Positions 57,254 to 64,000 of a stretch of 64,000 nucleotides of DNA are shown one piece after another. Source of the stretch: Eledone cirrhosa (taxonomy: Eukaryota); contig OZ024744.1 of assembly GCA_964016885.1 (NCBI GenBank), forward strand, positions 86,924,001 to 86,988,000. Reading direction: 5' to 3'. The position numbers were made by a program, and so were the translations under genes. The notes under the pieces were generated by a model. The model was not told where the DNA came from and searched no databases. It saw only the letters and a program-made list of their open reading frames with translations. Each line of letters begins with the position of its first letter. The first letter of the stretch is position 1.

Positions 57254-58195
57254 TCATCGCAACTGATACAAGGTTTCTTGACAAAGAAAGACATGTTGAA
57301 GGGCTGTGTCAGCGTATGTGGATGACCACACCATGATAGTGTCGAACACCTCGGAAATCGAGTTAGTTGGAAAGATCTTAGAGGAATAGGAAACATTGAC
57401 GTACAGCTTGTGACATTCGCCATTTGACATAATTGATACTCTCATATTCCCAAGAAAAGAGATAATGTAATTCAGCATATTGTCCGGTATGCCAAATATT
57501 TTGAGGATTTACTATAGTGCTTTGCGATTGTCGATATCAACGGATTTGGTCAAGTCGAAAAGACAATAAACTGTCCCTGGTTCTTCTCACCAACCTTCTC
57601 TGCAACCTCACGAAGAGAAAATATCATGTCAATAATACCGCGACCTGTGCGGAAACCACATTGATTTTCAGGATAGATATCATCAGCAGTCTACATTCTG
57701 TTGTGAATAACACGGGCAATACCTTACTTGCAATATAGAGAAGGGAGATACCGCCAGGTTTGTCACAAATAGATTTTTTTTTACCTTTGTTCCCGAAGAG
57801 ATGAATTACAGGTGTGTGTCTCTGTAGTCTTGAGGGATATGTTCGACTTTCCATGTCTCAAGAAATAACCAGTTTTTTTAACACTCATATATGCAAATTA
57901 CAGGTGCGATGCTATTTTTACCAAGAGCTTTATTGGATAACAGTTGCTTGATATCGGTTTGTACTTCATTCAAGCTTGTATTGGATGCTTATTCGGGTAT
58001 CTCCGTTGATTGTCACATCGTCATCAAGGTTTGACTCAGTATTTAAGACATTTCCGAAGTTTTCCTTCCATTGAGAGAGAATCTTAGCTTTATCTGTGAA
58101 GAGAGCTGTACCATCAGAAGATAGATCTGGATTTGACATTTTTTCCATCGGACCATACACCATCTTGAGACGATTTTAAAAGGCCTTTGAGTCCT
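57254..58195 (-). mobile_element. Decayed RTE-type LINE fragment
   Basis: VYGP...SSDG..LFTDK..IL.QWKE.F..VLN; GISLLYIASKVL. Confidence 0.7.
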
Positions 58196-58196
58196 C

Positions 58197-58515
58197 TTAA
58201 TCGGCAGCGTCATGAAGGAAGACCAGCAACTGGATTCGAAAGCGGACTGGCGTGAAGGACATAATCGAAACCACCAGGAAAGGCAAACATAGAAGGATAG
58301 AACACGTATTTCCTTCGAGAGACATCAGGTGAACTATTAGAGTGAGAGAATGTACACAAAGGCAGTGGAGAAGAACCAGAGGGCAGTCAATGGCCTCGTG
58401 GCACGATGATCTGACCCGATATCTCGGTCCCACATAGCCAAATATGATCAGAGATAGGATTTGATGGAGGTCAACCAGGGAGGAATTCCTCCAACACTGG
58501 AGTGAGAAGGCCCTG
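58197..58515 (+). mobile_element. RTE LINE 3' remnant
   Basis: WRRTRGQ...WHDDL...DR..W pattern. Confidence 0.5.
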
Positions 58516-59828
58516 AATTTTGGATTTTAGATATATTGTGTGTGCGCGCGTGTGGCGATGTGTGTATGTATGCATGTATGGGTGTATTATCAGGTCTTTA
58601 GGTCAGTCTTGAGTGCTACTGGTAACATGTAACCCGGTGCAACCTGTCACATGGTCGGGTCGTCGATGACTAAACCGGTGACCCCTCCAAGTTTACTTGG
58701 TGAGGAGGGTGATTTTTGATACCCTGCAGGACAAAAAACAAAACCTGACAAAGGGAGGAAGAACTCATAAGAGTCAACGGCCATCCAAAAATCTGTTAAT
58801 ATGTATATACACATATACATATGTATATATGTATATATGTACATGCATGTATGTATGTGTATGTATATGCGCGGGGACATAGAAATAGTCGGGCTGGACA
58901 CCCAATCACGCGGTTAAGCCACTGGGAGTGAAGGACCCCTAGCCTTCTCTAGGAGAAGGCAACTCTGGAAACTGGGATAACTCCGACATAAAACCTGAGG
59001 CTCAGTAGTTACCGATGATGTTAATCTTTTCTTTTTTTCGGGTAATAGCTACTGTCGCTCAGAGAGTGAGATTGGGTCAGTGCACAGTCTTTCCTCACTT
59101 AACGCACAGGCATTGAACGATAGAATTAATTAATAATTATTAATAATAGTATATCATGTAATGACCATACTCGATAACGAGGGGGCAGCCATCATGTGTG
59201 TATGAATGTTGGTTGCTTTCACTCACGCTGCCATGTAGAAAAGGTTCTAATGAATACAGAAATGTAAGCTGTGACTTTATACGTCTTCAAAACACCTTAT
59301 TGGGAATTGTAAAGTAAATAAAACAAACGTAACTAGTAAAATTCTTGCACCTTTACTCATACACAACAACACACACCCTCATGCATACAATCTCACATAC
59401 GCAAATACCTTTTATATAGAGACCTGACCTGTACGTGTATATGTGTGAATGAAGGACAAACGCTGTAATCCCTCTGTGATTACTGCCAACATCATAGACA
59501 TACAGTCAACACCATAGCTAGCACTCGCAAGAGTACAGCTTGCAACATTGTCAATATATATTATTCACTACGATATAACTTGTTCTGTTACAACATAAAG
59601 TTATTTGGTACAACATTTATACAAACTGATAATTTTACTTTGAATTTGAAGTAAAACTTGCGTATCCGCTTTGCCAGAGAATTACAATTTATACAGCCGA
59701 GAATTTCTTTGTTCATTTGATATTAGGTATCATTTCTTGTAGAATATACTAACAGTATGGTGCCTATATATATAACAGAAAATGCATGCAGTAATACGCT
59801 AGTAATATACTAGTAATACATACATACA

Positions 59829-60437
<609 letters not shown>

Positions 60438-60445
60438 GCGGTTAC

Positions 60446-60782
<337 letters not shown>

Positions 60783-60816
60783 TTACAGTAATCAAAGTTC
60801 AGTTTAAGTCATTTAT

Positions 60817-60865
60817 TTGCTTACAATTGTTTCCTCCAAACCGAGGTTTGGATTCTTCGGAGCAA
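60817..60865 (-). ncRNA. Type I hammerhead with U4C substitution
   Basis: Minus strand: ttgct CCGAAGA a tccaaacc tc ggtttgga g GAAA caattg TA agcaa. Confidence 0.7.
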
Positions 60866-60906
60866 CTATTTATAACATACTTGACCTTCTTTTCAACCCA
60901 AGAGAC

Positions 60907-60981
<75 letters not shown>

Positions 60982-60985
<4 letters not shown>

Positions 60986-61289
60986 GTAGGACGTGAGTTT
61001 TATTGTAGTACAATAAAGCAATGCAGATATTGGATAAGAAGCACTCTACAGTTTGTGGGACTGGAGTATGCATAATATAAGATCAAAAGATAGTTAAAGG
61101 AGTTCCATATATTTTATTATGCGCATTTCAAAAACAAACATCATCAAACAATAATATTTGTGTTTTCATCAGATAAAACAGGAGAACATGATATGAAGGC
61201 TAAAAAACACTTGTTGATAGTGCAGTTATATGTTGATTTAAAACTGCACTATCAACAAGTGTTGATAGTGATTAACCATCTTTTGATCT

Positions 61290-61298
<9 letters not shown>
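60982..61298 (-). mobile_element. HHR-bearing fold-back element in (TA)n
   Basis: Inverted repeats 61072-61097 / 61272-61297; internal hairpin 61206-61263; tail. Confidence 0.75.
61112..61178 (-). ncRNA. Type I hammerhead
   Basis: Minus strand: ttttat CTGATGA aaaca...tgttttt GAAA tgcgca TA ataaaa. Confidence 0.8.
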
Positions 61299-61330
<32 letters not shown>

Positions 61331-61333
<3 letters not shown>

Positions 61334-61745
61334 TATTAGTAATGGTGCTCTGAAATAGCGATGTATATATGAATGTATGTATAGTATATGTGGCAATATA
61401 CTGTATGTTTAATTAAAAACATTTAGAAGACCATCCGCTATCAATTTTAAAGTAGTCACTATGTCACTTAATTGTTTTCAGCAATGGCTGGGAGAGTACA
61501 ATGATGCATACATCGGTATTTCAGAGCCCTAATCCTAACACCTAATTTTTGCTGGACCAACAATCGCTCTGTATAATCAGCTCCTGGTTATTACTGGAAT
61601 TCTATAAGAATCCAGCTTCTTCAATTTCCGGCAAAGGCAGGGGTGTGCGTGGTTTTGATAAACGCCAAATAGCGAGAAACAAACTGTTAGCCTCTTTCCC
61701 AGCCTTTGCCGAAAATAAGTAAGTGACATGGTCACTACTTTAAAA
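61331..61745. repeat. MITE-like repeat with two interleaved inverted-repeat pairs
   Basis: 61331-61366 pairs with 61508-61542; 61445-61497 pairs with 61692-61745; 61415-61460 resembles 36770-36820. Confidence 0.55.
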
Positions 61746-61919
61746 CTGAACATTAAGGTTAAAAAAAAAAAAAACGTGATATCCTACTCGGGTGAAAGTA
61801 TAAGGAAAAGAAATCGAATATGTAACTGGAGACTTTTTAAGAATTTTTATTTATTTCCTTTACCGCTTTCAGAGTTCTTATGCTTTTCAAAAGTATAATT
61901 GTGATGGCTTGTCTCGCAC

Positions 61920-62028
<109 letters not shown>

Positions 62029-62407
62029 ATTGTGTGTGTCAATGTGTGTGATTGTGTGTGTGTATGTGTGTATGTGTGTATGTGTGTGCGTATGTGTATC
62101 TAGTGTGTATCTGCATCACATGTGGCTTCTTAGGTATAATAATCACATTTTACTCCTTGAAATATTTTGGAATAAGTGTATAAGAGAGAATAATTTCAAA
62201 ATTTCTCTGGATGTTATTAAGGGAGTCCATTGGTTGGTTCAAACAACAATGCAGTATAAATGAAGTTGTGACATCAATTCACTACTCAGACAGTTAAATC
62301 TACACGATTGAGAGACGCCATTAACTATGTGGAGCACCTCAGCAATTTCAGGTGTTCCTGCATACTTGTTGATGACATATTTAAGTCTTTAAGTCTGGCA
62401 TATCTAC

Positions 62408-62557
62408 TTTATTATTTCATTTGTTGTCTGTGATATTGGAACCGTTGTCCTTTTTAGGTTGATCTGAAGTTGGTGTCGATATGTTGTAGGCGTTTCTGTG
62501 ATGTACATGCGCCTAGTGGAAGTGAAATGGTCTTTGTAGAAAATCCTGTACCAATAA
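62408..62557 (-). CDS. Candidate 150-nt coding exon
   Basis: Strong acceptor tttgtttctctttgcatccag; open phase-2 frame YWYRIFYKDHFTSTRR...NEII; weak donor gtagat. Confidence 0.3.
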
Positions 62558-62596
62558 CTGGATGCAAAGAGAAACAAAATATGGCCATATGGCTAA

Positions 62597-62696
62597 AAGA
62601 AGAAGAAGAAGAAGAAGAAGAAGAAGAAGAAGAAGAAGAAGAAGAAGAAGAAGAAGAAGAAGGAAGAGGAGGGGGAGGAGGAGGAGGAGGAGGAGG

Positions 62697-62747
<51 letters not shown>

Positions 62748-62812
62748 CGATGATGATGATGATGGTGGTGGCGACGACGCTGCTGCTGCTGCTGCTGATG
62801 GTGATGATAATG
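62597..62812. repeat. Compound (GAA)n(GGA)n(GAT)n(GCT)n repeat
   Basis: Seen directly. Confidence 0.95.
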
Positions 62813-64000
62813 ATACCAAAACCATTACTACTAATTGTGAACGCCAAGAAGAATTTCTGAATTTTAACGTCTTTAAAATTGAGATCAAGGAATTATTCCA
62901 TTGAATATTTTTTTTTATTGAACACCGTGTTGATTTTGACGGGTTCTATGAAAGTATAAGCATCACTTCGGTTTCTATATCAGACAGACACCGCATTTTG
63001 TCTTTCAACTAGACAATTTATATCCCCTTGTAACATTTTAATCAGCTGGAAAAAATTAGTTAGGATAGCGCTAGTAACAGGCTGTATCAGCCTTTCTACT
63101 TACTTTGGACAACATCAGAGGCATGAGTAGGAGAGTCATTCATGCATGTTCAAGTATTGTTTTTTCCACAAAAGCACTCGGCCCGAGTTTGTGTCTCGGT
63201 GGGACAAACACGGGTTCCGTCATATATGGGTGCAAAAACCATAGTCATTCATGACAGAAGTGTGCGTAGAGGGATCTCTCTTTCCGGCAGCATGTAACCA
63301 CCTTCATTTTATGACATCTTGAGCCTAATTTTGAAATTACTCCATAGACTGTGAAGCATATTGTTATTGTTTAGCTCAGCTCAAACTTCAGCGATCAGCT
63401 CGGTGATCAAAGTCATTGAAGAAGCTACCATCCCATATTATTATCAGTGTATCTAGAACTTTTCTTGCGTACATTTATGGAAAGAATCAAGGAATTATAT
63501 GAGCTCGTTACTGGAAAATTGCTGCAGCATATAAAAGTTTTCTATGAGAAGTCATAATCTTCTCTCTCAACCTTTTCCTAATTCTGGATAAAGGAGTGAG
63601 GCTATGAAGTCTATCATCACTTTTATGATAGTATAAAATAGCCGACTCAAAGAAAGAGAACGAAACACATAGGTACAAAGATAGACAGAGAGGAAATAGA
63701 GAGAAAGAGAAAAAGAAAGAGAGAGAGAGAGTGTGAGAGAGAGGGGGAGGGGAGAGAGAGAGGGGGGGGGGGAGAAAAAGAGAGGAGGAGACAAAGACTG
63801 AGTGTGAAAGACACGAAAGTCTCATATATGAACAGAAAGACATAGAAACAGAGTGAGATTATTACTTGCCAGTACTTTACATATCATGGGAAAATGAAAG
63901 GCAATGCTAACCTCATCTGGATTTGAAATCCAAGCAGAAATAGTCGCAACAAGCATTGCATGACATACTAGTCGAGATTCATGACGCTGAAATATCACCA

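Noticed and set aside
58900-59000. Possible HDV-like ribozyme in an RTE-type 5' UTR (ctaggagaaggcaactctg)
   Set aside because: I could not assemble the double pseudoknot by eye

Overview
AT-rich eukaryotic non-coding window, dense in microsatellites. The SINE families and repeat landscape suggest an octopus-type cephalopod genome (inference). I see no confidently intact host gene; two symmetric, open, splice-site-flanked candidate exons lie on the minus strand (30543-30752, 62408-62557). Almost all ORFs in the track are microsatellite artefacts. The window is a mosaic of mobile elements: five Penelope-like element (PLE) copies of two lineages, RTE/CRE/R4/HERO-type LINE relics, about ten tRNA-derived SINEs, a non-autonomous Helitron and a mariner derivative. 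The unexpected layer, read by eye, is about 11 well-formed and about 9 degenerate minimal type I hammerhead ribozyme (HHR) motifs. They sit in PLE pseudo-LTRs and in small non-coding fold-back (hairpin plus tail) elements embedded in (TA)n tracts. Highlights are a recent retrozyme-like 591-bp tandem/inverted array whose HHRs carry a U3-A8 core variant (13102-14724), a palindrome encoding HHRs on both strands (60451-60570), a four-copy hairpin family with covarying arms, and a GAGTRCT tail motif shared across otherwise dissimilar families. All folds were assigned by eye, not computed.
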